From: an uncultured Bacilli bacterium
Lineage (GTDB): Bacteria; Bacillota_I; Bacilli_A; RF39; UBA660
Assembly: GCA_944363695.1 (NCBI GenBank)
Contig: CALVUW010000001.1
Location: 1-33,585 of the forward strand
Direction: 5' to 3'
DNA: 33,585 nucleotides
The notes below the pieces were generated by a model. It worked only from the letters and a program-made list of their open reading frames with translations, did not search any database and was not told the origin of the DNA. Positions 16,791 through 26,247 of the stretch are shown here, piece by piece. The stretch's first letter is position 1; each line of letters begins with the position of its first letter. Position numbers and translations under genes: made by a program.

Positions 16791-17687
16791 ATGGAACATC
16801 AAAAAATTAGTACTCTACAATTATTTTCGCTCGTCTTTTTCTTAAGTCATGCCTTCTTCTTATTTTGGGGTAATACGATTATCAAGGCCAGTGGCAACGA
16901 TACGCTACTAGCTTGTCTACTAGGTACTATTCTAAATATTTTTCTCATAAAAATATTACTATGGCTACGAAAAAAGAACATTAATAGTCCCAAAATAGGT
17001 AATTATATCTTATTACCCCTATTTCTACTTTTAACATTTGTTTTATTACAGCAAATGAGTCATTTTATTCAAAGTAATTTTCTAGAGCAAGGAAATCTAC
17101 TACAAATCGGTATTTTATTAATTTTAATTGCTATTATTATTTCCAAACGAAACATCCCCCAAGTAGCAAGTCTTGCCTTTTTATGCCTCATTATATTTTG
17201 TATTGGCTTTGCTAGTAATATCATCGGAATGGTTCCTCTCATTACTAGTGATCATTTAAAACCCCTACTCACCAATGGGATCATACCTATCTTAAAGGGA
17301 GCTTTATTATTTAGTTTTCATACTATATTACCGTTATTATTATTACTATTTGTTCCCTATCACAACGTTACTCCAAAAGAAAAACAAAATAAATATATTT
17401 ATTTTGCGCTCATTATTAGTAATTTAATTACCATCATTCAATATACGATGATAAGTTTTGGACCAAGCATACTCGCCGCTTCCACTTATACTTATCCTTA
17501 TATGTTAATTATTCATAAAATTTCTAGTTTCGTAAATCTAGATCGCATTGGTTATTTTATTTCTCTTTACGTCTTACTAGATAGTACTATTTTACTAGGT
17601 TTCATGTTTACCTTAATTAAGATGTTATGGTTTGACATACATAACCATTTTGAGAAAAGTAAGCGTTCTGTGTTGCCAAATCATTAA
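16791..17687 (+). CDS. Spore germination permease, GerAB (B-subunit, APC-like) family, short form
   Basis: A polytopic membrane protein that begins MEHQKISTLQLFSLVFF, typical of B subunits. It starts 1 nt after the C-subunit stop. At 298 aa it is shorter than the usual ~360 aa. Confidence 0.65.
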   Translation: MEHQKISTLQLFSLVFFLSHAFFLFWGNTIIKASGNDTLLACLLGTILNIFLIKILLWLRKKNINSPKIGNYILLPLFLLLTFVLLQQMSHFIQSNFLEQGNLLQIGILLILIAIIISKRNIPQVASLAFLCLIIFCIGFASNIIGMVPLITSDHLKPLLTNGIIPILKGALLFSFHTILPLLLLLFVPYHNVTPKEKQNKYIYFALIISNLITIIQYTMISFGPSILAASTYTYPYMLIIHKISSFVNLDRIGYFISLYVLLDSTILLGFMFTLIKMLWFDIHNHFEKSKRSVLPNH

Positions 17688-18114
17688 AATATGTACTTTG
17701 TAATGTACCAGTTGTATCAGCAGCAACCGTCGCTGGCGTTACCACCAATTTAAGGCCATTTGTTTCTTCTGATACGGTAAAAGCCGGATTAGCTTTCATC
17801 GTCTGCATCTCTGCTTCAATATCATTTACTGGTGCAGGATTTAACATGGTACTACGCTGATATTGAAAACTAACTTTACTTAAAGTGGTACCTATATAAT
17901 TAGTTGTTACACGAATTGTATAAGTAATTGGTTCTACTACCGCTTGTCTTGTGCAAATTAGAGCAGTTGCTGTATCAGTTGGTATTTCAATATTTGGAGT
18001 CGTTTCTTTGAAAACCATCCGAAAGATAGGAGGCAAAGCAATAATAAATAGCAATAGAATCATAATGAGATATACCAATACATTTTTTATATCAAAACTT
18101 TTACTGGCCTTCAT
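17617..18114 (-). CDS. Hypothetical secreted or anchored protein (N-terminal TM, Thr-rich ectodomain)
   Basis: One N-terminal hydrophobic span, VLVYLIMILLLFIIALPPIF. No recognised family. Its 3' end overlaps the convergent gerAB-like ORF by 71 nt. Confidence 0.45.
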   Translation of the reverse strand: MKASKSFDIKNVLVYLIMILLLFIIALPPIFRMVFKETTPNIEIPTDTATALICTRQAVVEPITYTIRVTTNYIGTTLSKVSFQYQRSTMLNPAPVNDIEAEMQTMKANPAFTVSEETNGLKLVVTPATVAADTTGTLQSTYFNDLATQNAYFSQNGYVCQTITS

Positions 18115-18511
18115 TAACTCTTTCCTCCTCCTCTTCTACAATATAATGTTTATTTAAATTTGTTACAAATTTCATAATGAAAATCACTAAGAAAGTACAA
18201 GGAATAATAGGAAAGAACATAAAGAAATAATAGAAGAAACGATTCTGCGCTATTGCATTTAGATCACGTACTGTCTGAATAAAAGCGGCACTAAAGCCAA
18301 GGGATACAGCTAGTAAAATAGCGCCAAAAATAATTCCTAACACCGCACTCCAGTAATTAACAACGTAATTTGTTTTATTAGGATATTTGTCTTTGTTCTT
18401 TAAATTATATATCAAACAAAAACAACTAAAAATAATCATTAACACTAGTAATGGTACTACAATATACCATATTAATTTTTCCAAATTAGACAAAGAATAA
18501 ACCACCGTCAT
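18101..18511 (-). CDS. Hypothetical small integral membrane protein (about 4 spans, acidic tail)
   Basis: Has hydrophobic segments and an EEEEE tail. It overlaps the downstream ORF by 14 nt, which suggests an operon. Confidence 0.5.
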   Translation of the reverse strand: MTVVYSLSNLEKLIWYIVVPLLVLMIIFSCFCLIYNLKNKDKYPNKTNYVVNYWSAVLGIIFGAILLAVSLGFSAAFIQTVRDLNAIAQNRFFYYFFMFFPIIPCTFLVIFIMKFVTNLNKHYIVEEEEERVNEGQ

Positions 18512-18605
18512 ATTATCACCTATTATTAGTGTAACACAAGTGGTTTATTTGTTCAATTATTAACTATTTTAAATTTTATATTTAGCGTAAACAACTGAAT
18601 ATATC

Positions 18606-18635
18606 AAAAAAAAACTACTAACCATTTGTTAGTAG
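18606..18635 (-). terminator. Rho-independent terminator of yceD-rpmF
   Basis: The minus-strand transcript reads CTACTAAC-aaatg-GTTAGTAG, a perfect 8-bp stem. It is immediately followed by T9 and starts 8 nt after the rpmF stop. Confidence 0.8.
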
Positions 18636-18642
18636 CTCATGC

Positions 18643-18846
18643 TTATTCTTCTACTGTTACAACTGTTTTACCTTTATAGTTACCACATTTTGGGCAAACA
18701 CGATGTGGTTTAATCATTTCACCACAATTAGAACATTTAACCATACCTGGAAGTTCTAAAGCATTGTGTGATCTTCTCATTCTTTTTCTTGTTTTTGATA
18801 CTTTTCTAAATGGTACAGCAAACATTTGAATATTTAATGCTAACAT
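18643..18846 (-). CDS. rpmF: 50S ribosomal protein L32 with a 9-residue N-terminal leader
   Basis: The core [18 protein letters not shown]...[23 protein letters not shown] is canonical zinc-ribbon L32. The ATG at 18846 lies 7 nt after GGAGAGGAG. The ORF-track TTG start at 18864 lies inside the yceD coding sequence and is unlikely. The internal ATG at 18825 has no SD. Confidence 0.85.
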   Translation of the reverse strand: MLALNIQMFAVPFRKVSKTRKRMRRSHNALELPGMVKCSNCGEMIKPHRVCPKCGNYKGKTVVTVEE

Positions 18847-18850
18847 GTTA

Positions 18851-19315
18851 TCACTCCTCTCCAAACTCTTCTAACAATTCTTTAAACGGGTTAGTCCCAC
18901 TGGTATTTTGATAGTCTTGTTCATCTATCAATTTCCAGCCATCCCCAGAAAAGTTGGAATAATCATTCACCCTACTATATCGAATGGGGATCTCTAGTAC
19001 TATATTTTCCCATAAAATGTCCATAATAGCAAGAGTATTTTCGCTATTTTTTATTTTTTCTTCTACATTTTCATCGATTTCACATGCAAACGGATAAGTA
19101 ACCGGCTCCAAAGAAACAGAATCTGGTATAATCATCTCGCCTGTAATGGTAGCTTTTATATAAGGACTATTATCCACTAGTTGCAAGCTTCCTGTCACTT
19201 TTATTGGTTTCAACTCCATAATATCCGTATTTTGATAATATGTAGAATCTAGTGAATACGTACCTTCAATCGGCAATACATCCACTTCATGTCGTAATAA
19301 TGCGCCAATGTCCAT
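18851..19315 (-). CDS. yceD: YceD/DUF177 family protein (large-subunit rRNA accumulation protein)
   Basis: Occupies the conserved position directly upstream of rpmF. It is an acidic 154-aa protein with the DUF177-like layout. Confidence 0.7.
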   Translation of the reverse strand: MDIGALLRHEVDVLPIEGTYSLDSTYYQNTDIMELKPIKVTGSLQLVDNSPYIKATITGEMIIPDSVSLEPVTYPFACEIDENVEEKIKNSENTLAIMDILWENIVLEIPIRYSRVNDYSNFSGDGWKLIDEQDYQNTSGTNPFKELLEEFGEE

Positions 19316-19324
19316 TTATCTCAC

Positions 19325-19831
19325 CTACTTTTTGATCACAAACCAAAACATCAATAATATCATCGTAAGACCCGCTGACATATTTTCTTTTACCACATAT
19401 GTTTTTTCAAATACACTAGCCACATCATCCACAATATCGACAATCCAGCTTTCCAAATACTTAGGAATACGATGTCCTAAGGGAAACATATGTGTTTTAA
19501 TAATATCCTGTTCTAAATCATCTAGTTCAAAATATTGCAACGAATTAGATAAAGCTTGATCCGCATGCTTTACTAATCGTTTTGATTTTGAGACAGTATC
19601 TTCATCATGAAAGAAATCATGTAAAACCGATCCGCGAGCAGTTGCTTTATAATTCAGATGCAAAAACTTTGTAATCTTATAAGAATAATAAGAAACACGA
19701 ATCATATGATCATATCGATTCATGCCATGATGTATACAATTTTTCATTGTTTGATATTCTTTATGTGAAATGATTGGTTCAATAATCTGATTAAACTCAA
19801 TATCAGGATAAACTGTTTTAAGTCTCATCAT
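19325..19831 (-). CDS. HD-domain phosphohydrolase with a C-terminal hydrophobic tail
   Basis: Shows NRYDHMIRVS followed by GSVLHDFFH, giving the H...HD metal motif. Size is 168 aa. Confidence 0.65.
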   Translation of the reverse strand: MMRLKTVYPDIEFNQIIEPIISHKEYQTMKNCIHHGMNRYDHMIRVSYYSYKITKFLHLNYKATARGSVLHDFFHDEDTVSKSKRLVKHADQALSNSLQYFELDDLEQDIIKTHMFPLGHRIPKYLESWIVDIVDDVASVFEKTYVVKENMSAGLTMILLMFWFVIKK

Positions 19832-19908
19832 TGATACCCACTTTCTTTTCTTACTTATTTAAAGCATTATCATTCTAGCACAAAAATAGAATTATTTCAA
19901 GTTATCTA

Positions 19909-20973
19909 TCATTCTGTAATTTGTTCTTTTACTTTTTTAACACCTTTTTTAATATCAGTTTTAAAGAAATGATAGCTAGTAGCAATTAAAATATAGATAG
20001 GAAGTGCTACAACAATTCCAAAGAAGCCACCGATTGTTCCTCCTACTGATACCACCATAATGGTAACTAATGGATTAATATTATTGGTTTTACCATATAC
20101 TTTCGGAGAGATAATATAACCGTCTAGTTGTGGGAAAATCAAGCAAATAATTAATGTTGCAATAAAAACTTTAGAAGAAATTACCGATGCAGTAAGCAAA
20201 GCGATAATATTCGTAATTAGACCGCCAAAATAAGGAATAACCGTGGTAACACAAGCTAAAACTCCAAATAATAACCAGTTAGGATGGCCCGCTAAGAAAA
20301 AGACCAGTGAATATTCAAAGAAATGAATCAACATAAATAATCCTAAACCCTTTAAATAATTACCAAATTCTACATCTAAAGTTTTAAAATAAGCATAACT
20401 TTTATTTTTAAAACTCTTCAAGAATTGTTTGATAGCCATTCTAATCTTATCCATATAGGCCAAGAAATAAATCGTTACTACAATCACAATAACTGCCTGT
20501 CCTAAAATGGATACAGTCTTACCTACCATATCAATGGTTCCCTCTTGTACAATCGTTCCTAGACTATTAATGACGGAATTTAAATAATTGGAAACACCAT
20601 TTTCAAAATCATCTAAATTGACATTAAACTTTTCTCCTAAGTCTCCTAGTAACTGACCGATATTGGAAGCAAAAGAAACCAACTGATTATATAACAATGG
20701 TAATGTCACACTGACAATACCAATGACAATTAGTAGCAAAACAATAACAACAATCGCAACTGCTAATGATTTTCTCACACCCTTCTCTTCAATTTTTTTA
20801 ACTAGTGGATGTAAGGCATAAGCAATTGCAAAGGAAATAATAAATGGTAGACAGATCCGAATCAAGCTCATCAAGATAGAAAACCACGTGCCAATATTCG
20901 TAACACAGATAAATAGCAATCCCATTAAAATGAGAAAATTCAACAATTTATAATTGACTCTATTTCGATACAT
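19909..20973 (-). CDS. AI-2E family transporter (PerM/UPF0118)
   Basis: A polytopic 354-aa protein with the family-typical FAIAYALHPLVKKIE segment. Confidence 0.75.
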   Translation of the reverse strand: MYRNRVNYKLLNFLILMGLLFICVTNIGTWFSILMSLIRICLPFIISFAIAYALHPLVKKIEEKGVRKSLAVAIVVIVLLLIVIGIVSVTLPLLYNQLVSFASNIGQLLGDLGEKFNVNLDDFENGVSNYLNSVINSLGTIVQEGTIDMVGKTVSILGQAVIVIVVTIYFLAYMDKIRMAIKQFLKSFKNKSYAYFKTLDVEFGNYLKGLGLFMLIHFFEYSLVFFLAGHPNWLLFGVLACVTTVIPYFGGLITNIIALLTASVISSKVFIATLIICLIFPQLDGYIISPKVYGKTNNINPLVTIMVVSVGGTIGGFFGIVVALPIYILIATSYHFFKTDIKKGVKKVKEQITE

Positions 20974-20981
20974 AATTTATC

Positions 20982-21416
20982 TCACCTTTCTAATAGTATG
21001 GTCGTTGGTCCTACATTCGTTAAAGAAATCTCCATATGAACACCAAAAATACCAGTTTCAACGGGAACGAACTCTTTTAAGCATTGGTTAAAATAATCAT
21101 ATAACAATATGGCTTTACTTCCTGTCATAGCCTTGATATAACTAGGTCGATTTCCCTTATGGGTATCAGCATATAAGGTAAATTGGGAAATTGAAAGAAT
21201 GGAGCCACCTGCTTCCAAAATAGAACGATTCATGACCCCATTTTCATCTGGAAAAATCCGTAAATTAACAACTTTTTTGACCATCGCGGTAATCGTTTCT
21301 TTATTATCGCCTTCTGTAAAACCCACAAACAAGACAAAACCATCATCAATTTGTCCTGTCGTTTTATTGTCTACCTTACAACAAGCTTGTTTGCATCTTT
21401 GCACTAATACTCTCAT
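20982..21416 (-). CDS. dtd: D-aminoacyl-tRNA deacylase
   Basis: Begins MRVLVQR and contains SQFTLYADTHKGNRPSY and GPTTILLE. It is 144 aa, ends on TGA, and its start overlaps the relA stop (ATGA). Confidence 0.9.
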   Translation of the reverse strand: MRVLVQRCKQACCKVDNKTTGQIDDGFVLFVGFTEGDNKETITAMVKKVVNLRIFPDENGVMNRSILEAGGSILSISQFTLYADTHKGNRPSYIKAMTGSKAILLYDYFNQCLKEFVPVETGIFGVHMEISLTNVGPTTILLER

Positions 21417-23563
21417 TTTATTAACCTTTCTACATTTGTAATATATGGTGCTTTTTCTAATTCTAGTAGTAATTTTGTCAAATGTTCAGTATTTTTTACA
21501 TAAACACTCATCTCATAAACAAGCGTATCTGTACGCGATATAATCTTCGCTTCACTAATATTAATATCTAACTTGCTAGTTTTTTGAATAATATCTGCTA
21601 ATTTATTTTCAGTTGTATTCGTATAAACAACTACATCACTTTCATATTTGGAAGCTGGCACATCACTCCAATTTACTTGGATACAGCGATCATCCATTCT
21701 GGCTAAATTATGACAATTGCTGCGATGAATGCTAATGCCGTTACCTTTAGTAATATAACCAACAATATCATCACCATAAACTGGACTACAGCAGGCTGCT
21801 AAACTAACTTTAATTTTATCTACACCAGCCACAATAATATCAGAATTACTATCCGCTATTTTAGGTAATACTTTAATTTTTGGTTTTTCTTCTTCTGGTG
21901 GCTTAAAAACAGTATGAATGACACTATTAGGATTGAATTTTCCATTACCAATAGAAAAATATAATTCATCAATATCATCTATTTTAAAGGTCTGAAAAAC
22001 TAATTTTAAGTTTTCTTCAGTCATAAATTCCTGAATACTATATTTTTTCTTACGTAGTTCTCTATTTAACGTATCTTTACCACGTTCTATCAAAATATCT
22101 CGCTCATTTTTAGTAAAATAACTACGTATCTTATTTCTAGTCTGTGTCGATTTGACGATATTTAACCATTCTTTAGAAGGATGAGCACTTTTATTAGTGT
22201 TAATTTTAACAATATCATTGTCTTTTAATTCATAATCTAGCGGAACAATGGATCCATTGACAATTGCCCCAACCGTGGTTTCGCCTACTCTCGTATGCAC
22301 TTTATAAGCAAAATCTAATGGTGTCGCTCCTCGTGGCAATTCAATAACATCGCCCTTTGGTGTAAAGGTATAAATATTATTATTTAACACCTCATCTTTA
22401 ACACTATTAACGAAATCTTCACTACTCATTTTATCTTGTGATAACTCAATAATCGATTTAAAAAATTGCAGCTTTTGCTCGGTAGTATTTTGCATACTAC
22501 GACTAGCATCTTTATGTTCTTTATAAGCCCAATGGGAAGCGATACCATTTTCGGCGACTTCATCCATCTGATAAGTTCTAATCTGAATTTCAAATAGATA
22601 ACCATCGATTCCAAATACGGTTGTATGCAAAGATTGATACATATTAGCCTTCGGCATGGCAATATAATCTTTAAAGCGTTTTGGTAAAGGTCTAAATTTA
22701 GAATGGATAAGACCTAATGCTAAATAACAATCTTGCTCTGTGTCTACTAAAATACGCAATGCTAACAAGTCGTAGATATCACTAAATTTTTTACCATGAT
22801 TTAACTTATTATAAATACTATAGATGCTCTTTGCCCGGCCTTTCATCTCATGAGGAATGTGATGCTCTGTTAATAAGTCTGAGACTTCTTTTAACATCTC
22901 ATTAACAGTTGTATCCCGTTCTGCTTTCGTTTTATTTAACTTTTCCGCAATATCATAAAATACAGTCGGCTTTAAATAACGTAGCGATAAATCTTCCAAT
23001 TCACTTTTAATTTTATGAATTCCTAAATGATGTGCTAAGGGTGCGAAAATTTCTAGAGTTTCTTTCGCTTTTGCTTTTTGTTTTTCTTTAGGAAGTGCCC
23101 ACAAAGTACGCATATTGTGCAAGCGATCTGCTAATTTGATAATAATGACGCGCACATCTTCACTCATACCAACAATGATTTTCTTGTAATATTCAACCAA
23201 ATACTCATTCTCGGTCGAAAAATGTAACCGCCCTAATTTAGTAACCCCCTGTACTAATTTTAAGACATTTTTCCCAAATAATTCTTCAATTTCGGACTCA
23301 TCACAATCGCAATCTTCTAGTGTATCGTGTAATAAAGCAGCTGTAATACTTTCACTATCTGCATAAACACCCGTTAAAATATAAGCAACATTTAAAGGAT
23401 GGGCAATATAAGCTTCCCCACTTTTTCGAAACTGTCCCTCATGTTTTTCTTTAGCAAACAGATAGGCTTGTTGAATCATTTCTTGTTCTTTTTCATTTTT
23501 AATATAAAATTTTATTTTTTCTAACAATTCATCTATTGTTACTTCTTGTTTTTGGTGAGCCAT
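21413..23563 (-). CDS. relA: Bifunctional (p)ppGpp synthetase/hydrolase, RelA/SpoT (Rel) family
   Basis: The HD hydrolase domain has HPLNVAYIL and LHDTLED. The synthetase block reads SIYSIYNKL...DLLALRILV...YQSLHTTV...EIQIRT. TGS and ACT-like C-terminal domains follow. Size is 716 aa. Confidence 0.93.
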   Translation of the reverse strand: MAHQKQEVTIDELLEKIKFYIKNEKEQEMIQQAYLFAKEKHEGQFRKSGEAYIAHPLNVAYILTGVYADSESITAALLHDTLEDCDCDESEIEELFGKNVLKLVQGVTKLGRLHFSTENEYLVEYYKKIIVGMSEDVRVIIIKLADRLHNMRTLWALPKEKQKAKAKETLEIFAPLAHHLGIHKIKSELEDLSLRYLKPTVFYDIAEKLNKTKAERDTTVNEMLKEVSDLLTEHHIPHEMKGRAKSIYSIYNKLNHGKKFSDIYDLLALRILVDTEQDCYLALGLIHSKFRPLPKRFKDYIAMPKANMYQSLHTTVFGIDGYLFEIQIRTYQMDEVAENGIASHWAYKEHKDASRSMQNTTEQKLQFFKSIIELSQDKMSSEDFVNSVKDEVLNNNIYTFTPKGDVIELPRGATPLDFAYKVHTRVGETTVGAIVNGSIVPLDYELKDNDIVKINTNKSAHPSKEWLNIVKSTQTRNKIRSYFTKNERDILIERGKDTLNRELRKKKYSIQEFMTEENLKLVFQTFKIDDIDELYFSIGNGKFNPNSVIHTVFKPPEEEKPKIKVLPKIADSNSDIIVAGVDKIKVSLAACCSPVYGDDIVGYITKGNGISIHRSNCHNLARMDDRCIQVNWSDVPASKYESDVVVYTNTTENKLADIIQKTSKLDINISEAKIISRTDTLVYEMSVYVKNTEHLTKLLLELEKAPYITNVERLIK

Positions 23564-23582
23564 CTAAAGCCCTCCCTTCTTT

Positions 23583-25868
23583 TTAATCGTTTATTCCCGC
23601 TATAATTTTTTCACTGACTTCATCACTATTTTTCTTTGCCCTAGTTTTCTTACCAAGTTGTTTTTTAGTAAGATGATACCAAATAAAGCTAGCTAAAAAG
23701 ACTGATGAGAAGGTACCAGCAATTAAGCCAATCGTCATAGAAACATTGAAAGTGATTAATTCACGACTTCCTAATATCATTAAGGCAATAATTGGCAATA
23801 AGGTTGTTAAAGATGTATAAATAGAGCGAGCCATTGTCTGGCCAATACTTTTATTTAATACTTCTTGTAGGTCAGATTCTGTCATTTTTTCTAACGATTT
23901 CTTTTCCATATTTTCTCTTACACGGTCAAATACGACAATGGTATTGTTAATAGAATAGCCAATAATGGCAAGTACGGCAGCAATAAACATAGAATTAACT
24001 TCAATTTGGAAAATAAGCAGACCAGCAATCATAATTAGTACATCATGTACTAAACAGATAACAGAACTAAGTCCAAAACTAAATTGGAATCTAATACTAA
24101 CGTAAGCAATAATACCAAGTAAAGAAATCAAAATTGCAATAACCGCATTCTTTACTAACTCTTGTTTAACAAGATTGGAAACAACGCCTATATCAACACT
24201 AGCTGCATATTTATCCTCAAAATACTGTTGTACTTCATTAACTTGGTCTTTTGTTAACACATCTTTAACACGTATATTAATTTCATCACTTGTCATATCC
24301 GTGCTAACTTCTTCTAACCCTAGACTATCAATGTCATCTTTTAGATCATCTTCACCTACTACTTGATCGGTTGCAATCGTAATATCACTACCAGCTTGAT
24401 AATCAATACCAAGGTTAAATCCTTTTACTCCTAAGAAAATAGCACCAACGACAACAATGATACTAGCAGCAATGGCTACTTTTTTACCATAGCCTAAGAA
24501 ATTACGCGTTTTCTTAGTTGTTTTCTTTTCTTCTTGTTCTCTAGCTATTTTATCTTCTGATACATGCAAGAATAGGTTTGGTTTATCATCAAAATAACCG
24601 CAATCAATAAACATTTTCATGAATGCCCTAGTGATCGCAACCATCGTAACCATGGTTACACCGATATTAATAATTAACATCGTTGCAAAACCTTTGACAC
24701 TACTCTCACCAAAAATAAACATGATAATTGCTACTAAAAGCGTTGTTAAATTAGAATCTAAAATAGTTTTAAAACTTAATTTACTACCATTTTTAAACGC
24801 AGTTTTTAAGCTACGACCTTTTAATAGTTCTTCCTTAATTCTGGCATATGTTAAAACATTAGCATCAACAGCCATACCAATTCCTAAAATTAAAGCCGCA
24901 ATTCCTGGCAATGTTAGAACACCACCGACTAACCAGAAAATAGCAAATACTAATAAAGTATATAACAAAATGGAAGCTGCTGAAATTAAACCTGCAAAAT
25001 GGTAAACGATTACTAACATAATGATAATCGCAGCTACACCAATAATACCAGCAATTAAGGTTGTTTGTAAGGTTTCATCTCCTAAAGAAGCAGATACCGT
25101 TTTACTAGAGATTTCGGTTAATTGCGCAGGCATTGAGCCAGAATTAATTAAATCTACCAAATCTTCTGCTTCCTCTTGCGTAAAGTCGCCTTGAATAACA
25201 ACATCACTGGCAAAACCTTGATCCACTCTAGCAGCGCTCAAGCAGTGACTACTACTAGAACCACAATAATTTTGTTCAGTCGCATAACTATCTGTCATTT
25301 CATTATAATCTAACCAAATAACAATCACATTTTCTTCATAATTTTTTACTTTATTGGTAACATCATAAAATGTAGACTTATCTTCCACACTTAATAACAC
25401 AGCAGGCTTTCCACTGGTATCTGTTGTAACTTTCGCGCCTCCGGCTTTTAAGACATCACTACTCATCAATAAGTTATCTTCCGTATCCCGGAAAGAAAGA
25501 GAAGCAACTGTTGATAAAGTTGAACTAGCCTCTTCGCGATTCGTTACACCTGCTAGTTTTACACGAATTTTATCATTTCCTTCTAAAGTAATTTCTGGTT
25601 CTGATACACCTAGAGAATCAATTCTTTTCAGCATACTTTTATAAGTTGCTAACAATTTATCCTTCGTCATATCACTACCATCTAATGGTTCTACCTGATA
25701 TAAAATTTCAAATCCACCTTGTAAATCTAGTCCAAACTTTAAATTTTTAAAGACCGGATTAAATAGTAAACAGATTAAAACGGATAAACTGACAAGCAAC
25801 ACCGTTCTAGTTAACATTCTTCTTTTTTTAATATTCTTACTTTTTGTTTTCTTCTTACCTATTTTCAT
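23583..25868 (-). CDS. secDF: Protein translocase subunit SecDF (fused)
   Basis: The 761-aa protein starts with the SecD-type segment LGLDLQGGFEILYQV. It has two six-span RND-like membrane halves, and the arrangement is typical of Bacillota. Confidence 0.9.
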   Translation of the reverse strand: MKIGKKKTKSKNIKKRRMLTRTVLLVSLSVLICLLFNPVFKNLKFGLDLQGGFEILYQVEPLDGSDMTKDKLLATYKSMLKRIDSLGVSEPEITLEGNDKIRVKLAGVTNREEASSTLSTVASLSFRDTEDNLLMSSDVLKAGGAKVTTDTSGKPAVLLSVEDKSTFYDVTNKVKNYEENVIVIWLDYNEMTDSYATEQNYCGSSSSHCLSAARVDQGFASDVVIQGDFTQEEAEDLVDLINSGSMPAQLTEISSKTVSASLGDETLQTTLIAGIIGVAAIIIMLVIVYHFAGLISAASILLYTLLVFAIFWLVGGVLTLPGIAALILGIGMAVDANVLTYARIKEELLKGRSLKTAFKNGSKLSFKTILDSNLTTLLVAIIMFIFGESSVKGFATMLIINIGVTMVTMVAITRAFMKMFIDCGYFDDKPNLFLHVSEDKIAREQEEKKTTKKTRNFLGYGKKVAIAASIIVVVGAIFLGVKGFNLGIDYQAGSDITIATDQVVGEDDLKDDIDSLGLEEVSTDMTSDEINIRVKDVLTKDQVNEVQQYFEDKYAASVDIGVVSNLVKQELVKNAVIAILISLLGIIAYVSIRFQFSFGLSSVICLVHDVLIMIAGLLIFQIEVNSMFIAAVLAIIGYSINNTIVVFDRVRENMEKKSLEKMTESDLQEVLNKSIGQTMARSIYTSLTTLLPIIALMILGSRELITFNVSMTIGLIAGTFSSVFLASFIWYHLTKKQLGKKTRAKKNSDEVSEKIIAGIND

Positions 25869-25877
25869 GTCACACCT

Positions 25878-26153
25878 CTATATTACTTCTAAGTTTGATG
25901 GTTGTGTTTGTTTTGACAAGTTTGTCTTAACATAATGATCTAGTTTTTTATTATCAACGTTTAAAATATCATCAACAACATCCGATAACATCAAAGAATG
26001 ACTTTGTTGCCATCTACTTTTAATTAAATAATTCCATATATCTACTTCTTTAATATAAAAATAGCCACATCGCTTTAACTCCTGTTTCTTAGCTCTTAAA
26101 GCCGGTTTTACTCTTTGATATAATTCTTCCTTCGATGAAAATTCTATCGTCAC
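25878..26153 (-). CDS. ComN/YrzD-like post-transcriptional regulator family protein
   Basis: A 91-aa protein directly upstream of secDF, as in Bacillus. It shows the pattern VKPAL..K..EL...GY..I...DIWNYL....W. Confidence 0.5.
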   Translation of the reverse strand: MTIEFSSKEELYQRVKPALRAKKQELKRCGYFYIKEVDIWNYLIKSRWQQSHSLMLSDVVDDILNVDNKKLDHYVKTNLSKQTQPSNLEVI

Positions 26154-26208
26154 TACTACTCACCTACCAAACTACATTTATTATAACATCATTTTCTAAG
26201 AAGTACAC

Positions 26209-26238
26209 AAAAAAGTTAGATGTTCTATACACCTAACT
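26209..26238 (-). terminator. Rho-independent terminator downstream of the two-module gene
   Basis: The minus-strand transcript reads AGTTAGGTG-tatagaa-CATCTAACT, a 9-bp stem that includes one G-U pair. It is followed by T6. Confidence 0.6.
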
Positions 26239-26247
26239 TGTAATGAT

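Noticed and set aside
18847-18864. The ORF-track start for rpmF (TTG at 18864, MERSDN...).
   Set aside because: These codons lie inside the 3' end of yceD and its stop, and they are themselves the GGAGAGGAG SD for the ATG at 18846.
24619-25005. A 128-aa plus-strand ORF lies inside secDF. Similar antisense ORFs are 1281-1469, 9545-9739, 9648-9839, 10745-11038, 11778-11975, 12124-12330, 14028-14237, 15270-15494, 17951-18157, 19308-19559, 21199-21441, 22426-22662, 24175-24366, 28526-28708, 29398-29664, 29640-29831, 31416-31652 and 32914-33111.
   Set aside because: All are embedded in or opposite well-supported genes. They have low-complexity, hydrophobic shadow-frame composition and lack an SD. 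They are treated as non-coding.
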